In this document: positions 46,769 through 56,836 of the stretch, one piece after another
Numbering within the stretch: the stretch's first letter is position 1
Layout: every line of letters begins with the position of its first letter
IMG/VR virus record: IMGVR_UViG_3300030419_006726
Location: 90,916 to 154,915 of that record
Source: a virus
Direction: 5' to 3' (one strand)
Length of the DNA stretch: 64,000 bases
The notes under the pieces: generated by a model
Seen by the model: only the letters and a program-made list of their open reading frames with translations
Told to the model about the DNA's origin: nothing
Databases searched by the model: none
Position numbers and translations under genes: made by a program

Positions 46769-47110
46769 ATGGCAAAAAGAAACAGAAATAGAACAAAAAT
46801 CGTTAATTCAGATCCACAATATCAAGAAGCCTTAGACTCTAGAAGGGTTAGGAGCTTTCGTCAATATTCTACACCTATTTTTTCAAAGATCACTCCAAAG
46901 CAAAGAGCCTCTTTGACTAGGCAGCCGCATATATGGAGAATAGGCGACAAATTTTATAAACTAGCAGACAAACATTATGGTGATTCAAGTTTGTGGTGGG
47001 TTATAGCGTGGTACAACACCACGCCCACAGAGGCTCACGTGAAGCCGGGAGACACTGTTCGAATACCATTTCCCCTAGAAACAGTCTTAAGAATGCTAAA
47101 GGTTTTTTAA
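46769..47110 (+). CDS. LysM-like baseplate wedge protein (gp53-like)
   Basis: GDKFYKLADKHYGDSSLWWVIAWYN...PGDTVRIP. Confidence 0.78.
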   Translation: MAKRNRNRTKIVNSDPQYQEALDSRRVRSFRQYSTPIFSKITPKQRASLTRQPHIWRIGDKFYKLADKHYGDSSLWWVIAWYNTTPTEAHVKPGDTVRIPFPLETVLRMLKVF

Positions 47111-50100
47111 ATGAGTACAGATCCGAATTTTAAATCATGGTTCGAATCCACTGTTTTTGCTGACGATTCAAAAGAAGAAAGTATCAACATGGATACCGGA
47201 GATTCCGGCGGTACCCACCCATTGCATAACTCATGGGCATTCGTAGTCGATGGCGCCTACTATGGTGTCGGTTCAAGTGCTGTAATTACAAATCCCTTTG
47301 GGGTGATACCAATTTTCAATTGTCTCGCTTTTACACCATTGTCGTTCGGCGCCATGGAGCAAACAAGCAACATTATAGGCACTTATGCAGTCGAAAATAT
47401 TTCCGCCACAAGCGGCCCCCGGATCGCTTTTATAAGAAATAAACTAACCGGATTCACTGACGCTAACAATGAAGCCGGCAGCTCCAGTACGCGCTTCGCC
47501 GGCACTGCCAGAGTCGAATCTACACACGCCGCGGCAAGAGGATTTTTTGATGTTGGCGCCATCGTGCATAAAGGCCTGAGACTGGCAATACCATTTTATC
47601 CATGGGCAGCTGATGAGGCTTTAGATACGGGCGAAGATGCATATATGACGAACAACTATGAAGTCTGGGACAAACTCCCCAACGAATGTACTGACAGCAT
47701 CCCCGACACGGCCGGATCTTTCATCTACAACCTGCGCACCGACCCGTTGGTCCTGTTTAGACCGCAACCGCAGCCCGGCGAAGTAGACACGTCCGGCGAC
47801 ACCGCCGGTATCGACCCGACGGAGCGGACCGCACAAATCCTAGGCTATGAGAACTCGGACGACATGATGGACGCGCTGGGCGAGGGCGAGATTACCCAAG
47901 AAGCATGGCAAGCCGCGCAGACCCAGGCCGCCGAAGAAGTCGCCGCGGCGGGGTACGAGACGACCGGGGAAGACCCCATGTGGGATCTCGGCCGCAACAC
48001 CGGCGGAAATCCTATGGCGCTGCTAGCTGGTATTCATGATAGTAATTTCGACACTGTACAAGATTTTCATTCTGATATTGAGCAAAGGTTTTTAGCAATT
48101 TCAATGCAGGTAGGAACCATTGGCGCCGATGTTGCAAAGGAGTTGATGGAAGGATATAGAGACCAGCTTAAGAGTTGGCAACTAGCATGTACCAAATTTA
48201 GCGGCTTTTTTTATATGGGCGGCCGTGCTTATGCTGGCATCGGCGGCGGGATGGAGCATCCACCTAGGCTTGAGTGGGGCTTACAGGGCGCAACCGCGGG
48301 AGACGCCCCCGCGGAGAACGGCGGCATGCCTGGGGAAAACAAAGATATTTTTGGTTATAGGCAATTGAGTTATTCTAGAGAATACAGTACGCGTACCGGC
48401 GACCATTACCGACCTCGCGTAAGATCGGTAAAAGGCTACAATATCCAAAGAAACGCCACCCTGCAGATTGCGAAACATATTGCCGCCGGCGGAACCACCA
48501 GTCTCGGTGGATTTTCCATGTACGAAGGACACGGAGATCTAGGCACGTATATCGGGAAGTGTCCATATGGATCGACTATGCTCATCCCCAATGCATTCAT
48601 CGCCGACTTCGACAATCTTTGGGATTATCTGGAAGACACTGTTGTGCCTATCGAATCAGCCGAGGGCCTCACGCAGTCGGCACTCAACACGCTCAAGACA
48701 CGATGCGGCTCGCTCGGCCTGCGCACGGTCGAAACTGAAGGCGAGGACAACGTCACCTACGAGGAAGACTCGTTTGTTTACGGAGTTCGTAATGCAGAAA
48801 GCTTTGATCTTTTTTGCAATATGAATCTTTGGGGAAACTATCAAGAAGACGCGCCTGATGTATATATACCGGAAACATATCGAAGAAGCTTATTCCCAGA
48901 GTGGTCCATGAACGGCTCCACTGTTTGGAATAGCTATGCGGGGGAAAGACAAGCCGTTAACGGTTTGTCTTACAGCGAAGCCCAGTCCCGGAACTTTGAA
49001 GGCGACGATGACGAAGTCGTCATCGTCACCGAGGAAGGCGAGTATATAGATCGGACCCAAGCCTATCCGCCCTCTGCGCGGGAGCATGGAGCGTATCTTG
49101 CCTCAAATCGACGGGCCATCAGATTTATTAGTGTGTTGTCATTGCAATATGAATATGTTGATATGGTTCTTCACAACGCTGAACGTTTTATTGAAGATCC
49201 CGAAGCATACAATGCCGATGCAGCCGCATTCAATGAAAGAAGAGAGGCGGATGATGCATTTATCGAAAATGAATTAGCCGCGTATCAGGCACTTATTCAG
49301 CCCTCGCTTGATTATGCAGAAGAGATAAGAGAGTATGTCGCCACCGCCGGCCTGGAGGCCTACACGGATGCGATTGTCGAATGCGCAGAACGTCAATTTG
49401 AAGAGGGCCGATATGGCACAATTCAAGAAGCTTTGGAGGCATGCCACGCTGTTTGGAGTGGTGTGAACCTCGAAGTGCAAGACGAAGAGCAGATGAACAG
49501 AGACCGTCTTCGTGATCAGTGTGCTCTGATGGCGCTGATGGATGATATCTCAAATTTATCGCACTCGCGAGACATAGATATTAGAACCAATGGTTTGACA
49601 AATACCGTTTGTTTGGAAAACTATTCAACTGCTGTAAATCAGCAAAACTATGTCGTTAATTCATTGTTGAATAATCCTAGATTTACTGGATTTTACACAT
49701 TGACGCCGGCGAAAATTTCAGCGCTGACACCTTATCTTAGATTTTATATGGTGTACGATAGGATTAGATCAAGCAACGATGGAGAGGAAACTTTCACAGA
49801 TTTGGCAACCCCAATTTCTGTTGAAGTGCCATTCGGCAATAGTTTGTCTAAAGATTTATCGTTGGGCGGTATCGATCAAGTCAATGACATGTTTAAGACT
49901 TCACACGAAAGAGGCTATGGCGCTGGAATAAACTCATTTGAGTGGAAATATTTCGGAAAGAATGAGTTTACAGCTGACAAAGACATAACCGCAAAATTAA
50001 GTCTGCATTTTCCAAGTTTATCTGAATTTTTAAAGAACAGAAATCTACCGGTCGACGCCGATCTTGCCGAAGCCGCTTCGCTCGACAACAATTTCATTTC

Positions 50101-52669
50101 TTTCAGATATTCGGACATGGCAGCATATGCTGGCGCTGTAGCTCATATGAGCGAGCTTTCTTATACCCTTAAGGTCACAGTGGGATGGGTTTATGATACC
50201 AGTCAGGCGACTTTTCTAAGAGAGAAATTCGGATTTGAGACCTGGGAGCTTACAGCAATTGAAAATTGTTTTGCAAATTTGATTTTAAGCAAAGTAGATC
50301 ATACGATTAACATTAAAGAAGATGGATCTGTTACTGTAAATATTGAATATATTGCAAATGCTGGCGGCATTTTACGATCAGCTGCCGCAAATGTAATGAC
50401 CGATGTTGGTATGATGGTTTTTGATGATGCAATTGAAGCTGTTAAGGAGGATGTTAGAAAAGCGTGCGAGGGAACAGATGGCGGCGGCCGAAAAATGTTA
50501 TCAGATATCAGCAACGCCTCCACAAGAGTTAGGGACAGACTCGAAGTCCGCGCACATTCTGCGATGATTCGAAGGCTTGAAGGCACCCGCGGCCACGCCA
50601 ATAATGTGGCCTGGACTACTGGCGATGATCTTTTAGATCAAAAGCTGACAGAAAAAGTGCAAGAGCTTCTGCACAATACAAGGGCAGACGTTGGTCAACT
50701 GAGCAACACAACCGGCATGGTAACCCGAGAAATGTCCGGCGATGAATGGAATCTTGAACCAACGGTTTTGCCAGAAAGAATATTTTTGATTAAATTGATG
50801 CAAAATGAAATTAATTGGCTTCAAAATTATGGGCCCCAATGGAAGCAGCAAATGAGCTTTGTTGATGGTGCAAGGGTTTTTAGAAACCTTGGACCACTGC
50901 AGGGCCACCGCATTGCAGATGCACAGTCCGGGATATCTGCTAACCCGGCAGAGAATACCCAATTGGGTAGGGGATTTGAATTGGCAGAGATTGCGGTTAC
51001 GCAACGATCAGAAGCCGCCGCGGCCAGTGCTGATTTCTTTTCTTTTTCTTTTCTTCAGCCCGACCCCACAGATAGCGAGACTGGAGAGTCTATCGCTAAT
51101 CCAAATGCGGATCTGGTCGTGACCAATCCGAGTTTAACTCTTCAGCATTCGATCGATGATTATTCTGAAAACCTTGGCCGCGGCGATATCTCCAACTCCG
51201 CGGAAGTGGGCAATACTCCGGATGACATCCACACTCAAGCCTCAGAGATGGTGGCTGAGTCCAACCAAATTAGAGAGGGAGCAGAAAAATTCATTTATTA
51301 TTTCTTTTATCAAGATTTGATAGAAGTTCTTTTTTCGATAATTAAAGAAAATGCAGCCTATCTTGACAGGAGAGACAATACTGACAAGTACAGCAAAGAG
51401 GTCGAAAGAACTAAGGTTATTTTGGGCAATATTGAAATTTATGTTCCTGAGAATACGGTATCGCGATTTAATGGAACGGGTAGAATAATCGACAACCAGC
51501 AGGTTTATGTGATGAATCTTGGAGATATGCCAGTATCTGTTGCTTATTTTAGGCAATGGCTAATACACAATGTGGTCTCTAGAAACAAAAAAACATATTA
51601 TATTTTAGACTTTATCAAGGACACTCTGAGAGACTTGGTTGTTGGTCCGCTAAATGATACGTCCTGCTGGAACCGTTCTCGCGGTATGATGGAGGACAAC
51701 GGCATAATACAGGTTCATGGAACTGTTGCCAATGCTATTGGTACAACAAATCCAAGCACTGAAGAATTGGTTGATCCTCTTGTCAAACTACAACATGATT
51801 ATCGTACCTTCGTTGAATCAAATCCCGCTTCACCATTTTCCGGTGCAGGAAGCTCAGATATTACATACAGGTCATATTCGGATGCATTTGATACAGCGCC
51901 AATGCAGACTCTTATTCGGCCATCGATCAATGCAGATTTCCCCCCACTCGCAGAGCGCCCCATATTGCGCACGGATAATAGTAGGGAAATTTCCAATGTT
52001 ACTGAGTCGTTTGAATTTGTCATTCTATACGCATCGCAGATGAATACAAACCGTACCGGTGACATCCGTGCCGACGCTGCAGATGGTGTTTATCACTATT
52101 CGATTGGAAATAATAAAGGAATTGTAAAAAATATTAAATTTACCAAAGCTGAAGCTGCCGGCGTTCGCGAGGCTCGCCTAGAGCAAGTCGGTGCAATGAG
52201 AAATTCACGTGCTCAGCTAATGGATAAGTATGATGTAGAGTTGGAAACTTTCGGAACGATCGCAGTGTTGCCAGGAACTCAGATTTATATTGATCCTTTT
52301 GGCCTTTCTCCGCTTCTGGGGGATCCATCCGAAACCCCGGAAAGAGTGCTCAGACGAACTCAAGGTCAATCACTCTCATCTCGACGCGCTGTTGATCTGG
52401 GAGAGGCTAGCACTGAAACTTTTAATGATGCTTCATTGGCCGGGGTTATGGGCATTGGAGGATACTATATAATAGTTGAGGCTACTTCGTTCATTGAAGC
52501 AGGAAAGTATATGACAAAAATTAAAGCAATGTTTGACCACTTCGGCGGATCCGCAGGCTTGACACAAGAGGTTGAGCCTTCGACCGACACTGAACTGGCT
52601 CACCAAGTTGATTGTGATGCATCGATGTTGAACGCTCCAGTTCCTCAAGTTGCCGACGAAGAGGGTTAA
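47111..52669 (+). CDS. Very large (1852 aa) baseplate hub-like protein
   Basis: Position in the baseplate module; ISALTPYLRFY, GINSFEW and C-terminal YDVELETFG...PGTQIYIDP...GIGGYYII gp27/hub-like elements. Confidence 0.55.
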   Translation: MSTDPNFKSWFESTVFADDSKEESINMDTGDSGGTHPLHNSWAFVVDGAYYGVGSSAVITNPFGVIPIFNCLAFTPLSFGAMEQTSNIIGTYAVENISATSGPRIAFIRNKLTGFTDANNEAGSSSTRFAGTARVESTHAAARGFFDVGAIVHKGLRLAIPFYPWAADEALDTGEDAYMTNNYEVWDKLPNECTDSIPDTAGSFIYNLRTDPLVLFRPQPQPGEVDTSGDTAGIDPTERTAQILGYENSDDMMDALGEGEITQEAWQAAQTQAAEEVAAAGYETTGEDPMWDLGRNTGGNPMALLAGIHDSNFDTVQDFHSDIEQRFLAISMQVGTIGADVAKELMEGYRDQLKSWQLACTKFSGFFYMGGRAYAGIGGGMEHPPRLEWGLQGATAGDAPAENGGMPGENKDIFGYRQLSYSREYSTRTGDHYRPRVRSVKGYNIQRNATLQIAKHIAAGGTTSLGGFSMYEGHGDLGTYIGKCPYGSTMLIPNAFIADFDNLWDYLEDTVVPIESAEGLTQSALNTLKTRCGSLGLRTVETEGEDNVTYEEDSFVYGVRNAESFDLFCNMNLWGNYQEDAPDVYIPETYRRSLFPEWSMNGSTVWNSYAGERQAVNGLSYSEAQSRNFEGDDDEVVIVTEEGEYIDRTQAYPPSAREHGAYLASNRRAIRFISVLSLQYEYVDMVLHNAERFIEDPEAYNADAAAFNERREADDAFIENELAAYQALIQPSLDYAEEIREYVATAGLEAYTDAIVECAERQFEEGRYGTIQEALEACHAVWSGVNLEVQDEEQMNRDRLRDQCALMALMDDISNLSHSRDIDIRTNGLTNTVCLENYSTAVNQQNYVVNSLLNNPRFTGFYTLTPAKISALTPYLRFYMVYDRIRSSNDGEETFTDLATPISVEVPFGNSLSKDLSLGGIDQVNDMFKTSHERGYGAGINSFEWKYFGKNEFTADKDITAKLSLHFPSLSEFLKNRNLPVDADLAEAASLDNNFISFRYSDMAAYAGAVAHMSELSYTLKVTVGWVYDTSQATFLREKFGFETWELTAIENCFANLILSKVDHTINIKEDGSVTVNIEYIANAGGILRSAAANVMTDVGMMVFDDAIEAVKEDVRKACEGTDGGGRKMLSDISNASTRVRDRLEVRAHSAMIRRLEGTRGHANNVAWTTGDDLLDQKLTEKVQELLHNTRADVGQLSNTTGMVTREMSGDEWNLEPTVLPERIFLIKLMQNEINWLQNYGPQWKQQMSFVDGARVFRNLGPLQGHRIADAQSGISANPAENTQLGRGFELAEIAVTQRSEAAAASADFFSFSFLQPDPTDSETGESIANPNADLVVTNPSLTLQHSIDDYSENLGRGDISNSAEVGNTPDDIHTQASEMVAESNQIREGAEKFIYYFFYQDLIEVLFSIIKENAAYLDRRDNTDKYSKEVERTKVILGNIEIYVPENTVSRFNGTGRIIDNQQVYVMNLGDMPVSVAYFRQWLIHNVVSRNKKTYYILDFIKDTLRDLVVGPLNDTSCWNRSRGMMEDNGIIQVHGTVANAIGTTNPSTEELVDPLVKLQHDYRTFVESNPASPFSGAGSSDITYRSYSDAFDTAPMQTLIRPSINADFPPLAERPILRTDNSREISNVTESFEFVILYASQMNTNRTGDIRADAADGVYHYSIGNNKGIVKNIKFTKAEAAGVREARLEQVGAMRNSRAQLMDKYDVELETFGTIAVLPGTQIYIDPFGLSPLLGDPSETPERVLRRTQGQSLSSRRAVDLGEASTETFNDASLAGVMGIGGYYIIVEATSFIEAGKYMTKIKAMFDHFGGSAGLTQEVEPSTDTELAHQVDCDASMLNAPVPQVADEEG

Positions 52670-52692
52670 TGATAAGTATGGGGAATTTATAA

Positions 52693-54027
52693 ATGGCAAA
52701 AACCTATAGCGAAACGATAAAATTTAGAGGCGATGTTCCATTTAATGCCGGCACTGCATTCAAAAATGCTGTCGATTATAGAAATTTTGCCTATCAAGGC
52801 GTAGATAAAGGTGTGAATATGAAAGTTTTTAGAAACTTTCAGTCGGCCAAAAGCATATTATACGGCAGAATAAATCAATATGATATTCCAATTTTTATCA
52901 AAGACGACAGGAAGCAAGAGGGCAAAGGGTTTAAATCATTAAAGGACCAACAAGATGCGATAACCAGTTTGTCGTGCATTGATTTTGTGGCTGATGCATT
53001 TGCCGGCATGCAAAAGGATTTTAAAAAAGCAAAACTAAACAATCGTATTGTCGAGGGTGAAAAGTTCGATTCGCTAAAACCCGCCCAGTCTTTTAGTGAT
53101 CCCAAAGTAAACCATAATTTTTTGATAAGAAAGAAGTATGAATCATTTCTGCGTCAACTGAGTAGAGAGAGAAAAGATGATCGCATCTTTAATGTTAGGA
53201 CTTTTTTAGATCATTATTTTCAGTATTTGGAGGATACAGTTCATGAGCTTCCCGTCACAGTGACCGGGTTTTTAAAAAGCAAATATTGCCCACCTAGGGT
53301 GTCGGGGCTGGTAATCGACCTATATGTACACTCACATATGGCAGATGATGTCAAGGTAGAAGAGTACATTAATAGTTCTAATTTTTGTTTCTTCGCGACG
53401 GCGGCCTTAAGACACGGTTTCAGCATTGATTACAATGCTCCATGGAGAATCGTAGCTGATTTGGAATCTCCTGCAATGAAAGAGTATATGTCTAAAAGAT
53501 TTATTACTACCTATGGCGGTGTTCTTAATTATTATTACGAGCCATCCCAAATTTATGGATTTGAAGAATTTAAAAATTCTGCTTTTAAGCTGTACAATTC
53601 ATATGTTAGAAAAAGACCATTAATAACCTTGACACACACGTGCCCAGCTGGTAAACTTAAGCAGAAGTTGATAAAAAGAGAGAGAATTACTAGGGCTGCA
53701 TTCGACAGCCTTTATGACGATAGCTATTGGATCGAGAAGTACGTTAAGGTTAGAAATATTGAAGAAAACAATTACCTATCCAAACCAATTGAGAAAATGG
53801 TGATTTCAGATGCAAAAAGCTTACTTATGAGTAAATTGAAATCAACGGATTTTATTATTAGCATGATTGAGAAAAAACTGATTAATTTTGAAGACAAGAC
53901 GGGCTCTGCATCATTCAAGCTTGAGCGCATGCGCAACCGTCAAGCCTTACCCGCGGCCCCCGATTCGGCCCGGGCCGCATTTGCCGCGGCAGAGCCTGTA
54001 GATGGATCATCTGGCGGCGGTTATTAG
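52693..54027 (+). CDS. Hypothetical protein
   Basis: Long ORF; LYGRIN and HGFSIDYNAPWRIVADL. Confidence 0.6.
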   Translation: MAKTYSETIKFRGDVPFNAGTAFKNAVDYRNFAYQGVDKGVNMKVFRNFQSAKSILYGRINQYDIPIFIKDDRKQEGKGFKSLKDQQDAITSLSCIDFVADAFAGMQKDFKKAKLNNRIVEGEKFDSLKPAQSFSDPKVNHNFLIRKKYESFLRQLSRERKDDRIFNVRTFLDHYFQYLEDTVHELPVTVTGFLKSKYCPPRVSGLVIDLYVHSHMADDVKVEEYINSSNFCFFATAALRHGFSIDYNAPWRIVADLESPAMKEYMSKRFITTYGGVLNYYYEPSQIYGFEEFKNSAFKLYNSYVRKRPLITLTHTCPAGKLKQKLIKRERITRAAFDSLYDDSYWIEKYVKVRNIEENNYLSKPIEKMVISDAKSLLMSKLKSTDFIISMIEKKLINFEDKTGSASFKLERMRNRQALPAAPDSARAAFAAAEPVDGSSGGGY

Positions 54028-54034
54028 GTGATTT

Positions 54035-55219
54035 ATGATTTTTCAAACATTAGATGACAAGCAAGATTGTATAGGAATTTATCATGATGGGTCTATACTG
54101 CATGATTCTCTGCCCGATGATTTATCTGGCACTTGGCGGTACACACAGTATCTAAACGATAGAAATATAGAATATGCCAACCTCTACTGTAATGGCAAAA
54201 AATCACAAGAGGTGTGCCCAGATCACTTGAAAGATGATTTTGATAAAATGACCAAGAAGTTCAAGGCATATTTACGTTCGTTTCAGCTTGGTAGGATTTC
54301 ACTAAATGACCACTGTTTTTATGATTTGGTGCCTGAGAGCTTCCTGCTTGAGTACTTTGAGTTAAAAAATCAAATTACACAGCATGTTTTAAGCACGTAT
54401 GAGAAGCCCGCAAATTACGACTTCTTGCTAGATCTAACAAAGGTTGTTACAGACATCGGACATAGAAAATTAAACGTTGATTTAAACTTTGGTCGGCATA
54501 CGATCGTTTCCAAAAAAGGAAAAGAGGCGTTTTCTAAATATAAGAAATATCAACCTTACTGCAAGTATGATATCTTTGGTACAAAGACTGGACGCTTGAT
54601 TAATGTTCCCGGCTCCTTTCCGATACTAACAATGGATAAAGATTTTCGCAAAATTGTTCAACCAACAAACGATTGGTTTGTGGAACTTGATTATAATGGC
54701 GCAGAGCTTCGTACTTTTTTGGCTCTGTCTGACAAGGAGCAGCCAAAAGCAGATATTCACGCATGGAATGCGAAATATATTTTTAACAACTGCTCCCGCG
54801 ACGAAGCAAAAAATCGTATTTTCGCATGGCTTTACAATCCGCAGTCACATCACATGGAAGCTGAGAAGGTCTACAATAGAATTATGGTCAAACAGAGGTA
54901 TTGGGATGGCGAACGCGTTAAGACGCCTTACGGGCGCGATATAGCCGCCACAGAGCATTATGCGCTGTCCTATATCATTCAGAGCACACTTAGTGATACG
55001 GTTCTAAGGCAAATGATCAAAGTGCATAAATTACTTGAAAATAGAAAGTCTCATATTGCATTTAGTGTTCACGATTCAATCGTTTTGGATATGACGGACG
55101 ATGAGAAGTTTTTAATTCCAACGATTAAAGAAGTTTTCGCCCTAAACGATTTAGACACTTTTGAAGTAAGCGTAAAAGGCGGTAAGAATTTTGGATCTCT
55201 CCATAAACTAAGACTTTAA
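54035..55219 (+). CDS. Minimal family-A DNA polymerase-like protein
   Basis: TKTGRL; motif A ELDYNGAELR; motif B RDEAKNRIFAWLY; IIQST; motif C VHDSIV. Confidence 0.72.
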   Translation: MIFQTLDDKQDCIGIYHDGSILHDSLPDDLSGTWRYTQYLNDRNIEYANLYCNGKKSQEVCPDHLKDDFDKMTKKFKAYLRSFQLGRISLNDHCFYDLVPESFLLEYFELKNQITQHVLSTYEKPANYDFLLDLTKVVTDIGHRKLNVDLNFGRHTIVSKKGKEAFSKYKKYQPYCKYDIFGTKTGRLINVPGSFPILTMDKDFRKIVQPTNDWFVELDYNGAELRTFLALSDKEQPKADIHAWNAKYIFNNCSRDEAKNRIFAWLYNPQSHHMEAEKVYNRIMVKQRYWDGERVKTPYGRDIAATEHYALSYIIQSTLSDTVLRQMIKVHKLLENRKSHIAFSVHDSIVLDMTDDEKFLIPTIKEVFALNDLDTFEVSVKGGKNFGSLHKLRL

Positions 55220-55239
55220 GGCGACTAATTAGTAGTATC

Positions 55240-55689
55240 ATGGAACTTATTTCAACACACTTTTGCAAAGCAGCAAATGTCGGTTATCACGGCAACCTTT
55301 TTGGTGGCACCCTGTTGGGATGGCTTGACGAAGCCGGCGCAATCTTCGCATGTCAAGCCTGCGACACACCAAGAATGGTGACAAAGAAAATCTCAGAAGT
55401 TGTTTTTAACAAACCGGTTCGCCCGGGCCAAATTATTAAAATATACGGTGAAGTTGTTCGTGTTGGAACTAGGTCGATAACTATACGAATGGAGGCGAGG
55501 AGACACAGTGTCTATAACGGCTCGCAGAAGATAGTTCTTACGACTGATATGACATTTGTTCGGATTGACGGCGACGGAGAGGCGATCCCTTTAAGTGAAA
55601 AAGTCAAAAGAAAATACGGCAACCCAGAAGTAACAGTCGAGATTGTCGCGACCGATGATGAGACAAAGAACTGTTACGAGGGGGACTAA
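55240..55689 (+). CDS. Acyl-CoA thioesterase (hotdog fold, YciA-like)
   Basis: HGNLFGGTLLGWLDEAG, FNKPVRPG, VGTRSI and TFVRID; ACTAATTA at 55224-55231. Confidence 0.85.
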   Translation: MELISTHFCKAANVGYHGNLFGGTLLGWLDEAGAIFACQACDTPRMVTKKISEVVFNKPVRPGQIIKIYGEVVRVGTRSITIRMEARRHSVYNGSQKIVLTTDMTFVRIDGDGEAIPLSEKVKRKYGNPEVTVEIVATDDETKNCYEGD

Positions 55690-56835
55690 ATGAAAAAACT
55701 ATTTGAAAATTGGCGAAAGAGTATTGAAGAAGATGTTGATACATCATCTTTCGTAGTGCGCGAGGAATTGCATCAGGATTTTTGGAACCAACCAGACGAT
55801 AGATTAGATCCAGAAATTAGAGAAAAGCTATTGGAAATTGCGCGACACTTTATGGAAAAATATGAAGTTTCTGATGTGCCAATCAAAGATATCACATTCA
55901 CTGGCTCGCTAGCTAACTATAACTGGTCAAAATATTCAGATGTAGACTTGCATATAATTATTGATTTTGCAGAAGTAGATGAGAACTTTGACTTGGTAAA
56001 AGAATATTTCAATTCTAGAAAATCCCTGTGGAATCTTCAGCATGAAATTATAATTCGCGATTTTGAGGTTGAAATTTATGTTCAGTCTGATAAAGAGTCG
56101 CATGCCTCAACCGGTGTTTATTCTATCCTCAACGATGACTGGGTTACGCGTCCCGCTGTGTCAACCGACGCGAGCGATATTGATTTTGACACCGTGAAGA
56201 AGAAGGCAGAGTCGCTAATGGATCAGATCGACCGAGCCTTGGAGCTTTATGATAGAGAAAAATATCAAGAAGCCCTCGATCGAGCAGAAATGTTGCGAGA
56301 GAAAATTAGAAAATTTAGACAATCCGGTCTTGAATCTGGAGGCGAATATTCTATTGAAAATATCGCATTTAAATCACTGCGCAGAAATGAATATTTACTA
56401 AAACTATCACAGCTTAAGCGCGATGCGTATGACAGGCTGATGTCAATCGATGAAGGTGTGCTTGTTAAGTTTCCAGGCGAGGATCCACTCAAGCCTAGAA
56501 AAAGTTATGATCCCATATCTTATTTGAATGATCAAGAGCTTTTGGCTCTCGCGGGAAAACAGTTCCCACCAGATCCAGCGCATGCTCCTCCAAAGATTGA
56601 GCCAGGATCCGCGGAGGAAGAAGAGTACGAAAAGCTCATGGCTCCACGAACTCCAGAAACCCCAGAAGAACGCCACTATTCGGAGCAGCAGCGAGCCAAG
56701 ATGATAGTTTGGACGTATGAGCAGGGTGGCCAGGACGAAATTTCTCACAAAGATTATCTTGACGCCATATTGGTATTAAAAAGAGCTAGAAAGTATCCCC
56801 ATCTTCAGACACACCCCGGCGGAAAAGAGGTGTGA
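55690..56835 (+). CDS. Pol-beta-superfamily nucleotidyltransferase with MKKLFENWRKSIEE tag
   Basis: ITFTGSLANYNWSKYSDVDLHII (GS..DxD) and VEIYVQ. Confidence 0.75.
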   Translation: MKKLFENWRKSIEEDVDTSSFVVREELHQDFWNQPDDRLDPEIREKLLEIARHFMEKYEVSDVPIKDITFTGSLANYNWSKYSDVDLHIIIDFAEVDENFDLVKEYFNSRKSLWNLQHEIIIRDFEVEIYVQSDKESHASTGVYSILNDDWVTRPAVSTDASDIDFDTVKKKAESLMDQIDRALELYDREKYQEALDRAEMLREKIRKFRQSGLESGGEYSIENIAFKSLRRNEYLLKLSQLKRDAYDRLMSIDEGVLVKFPGEDPLKPRKSYDPISYLNDQELLALAGKQFPPDPAHAPPKIEPGSAEEEEYEKLMAPRTPETPEERHYSEQQRAKMIVWTYEQGGQDEISHKDYLDAILVLKRARKYPHLQTHPGGKEV

Positions 56836-56836
56836 G

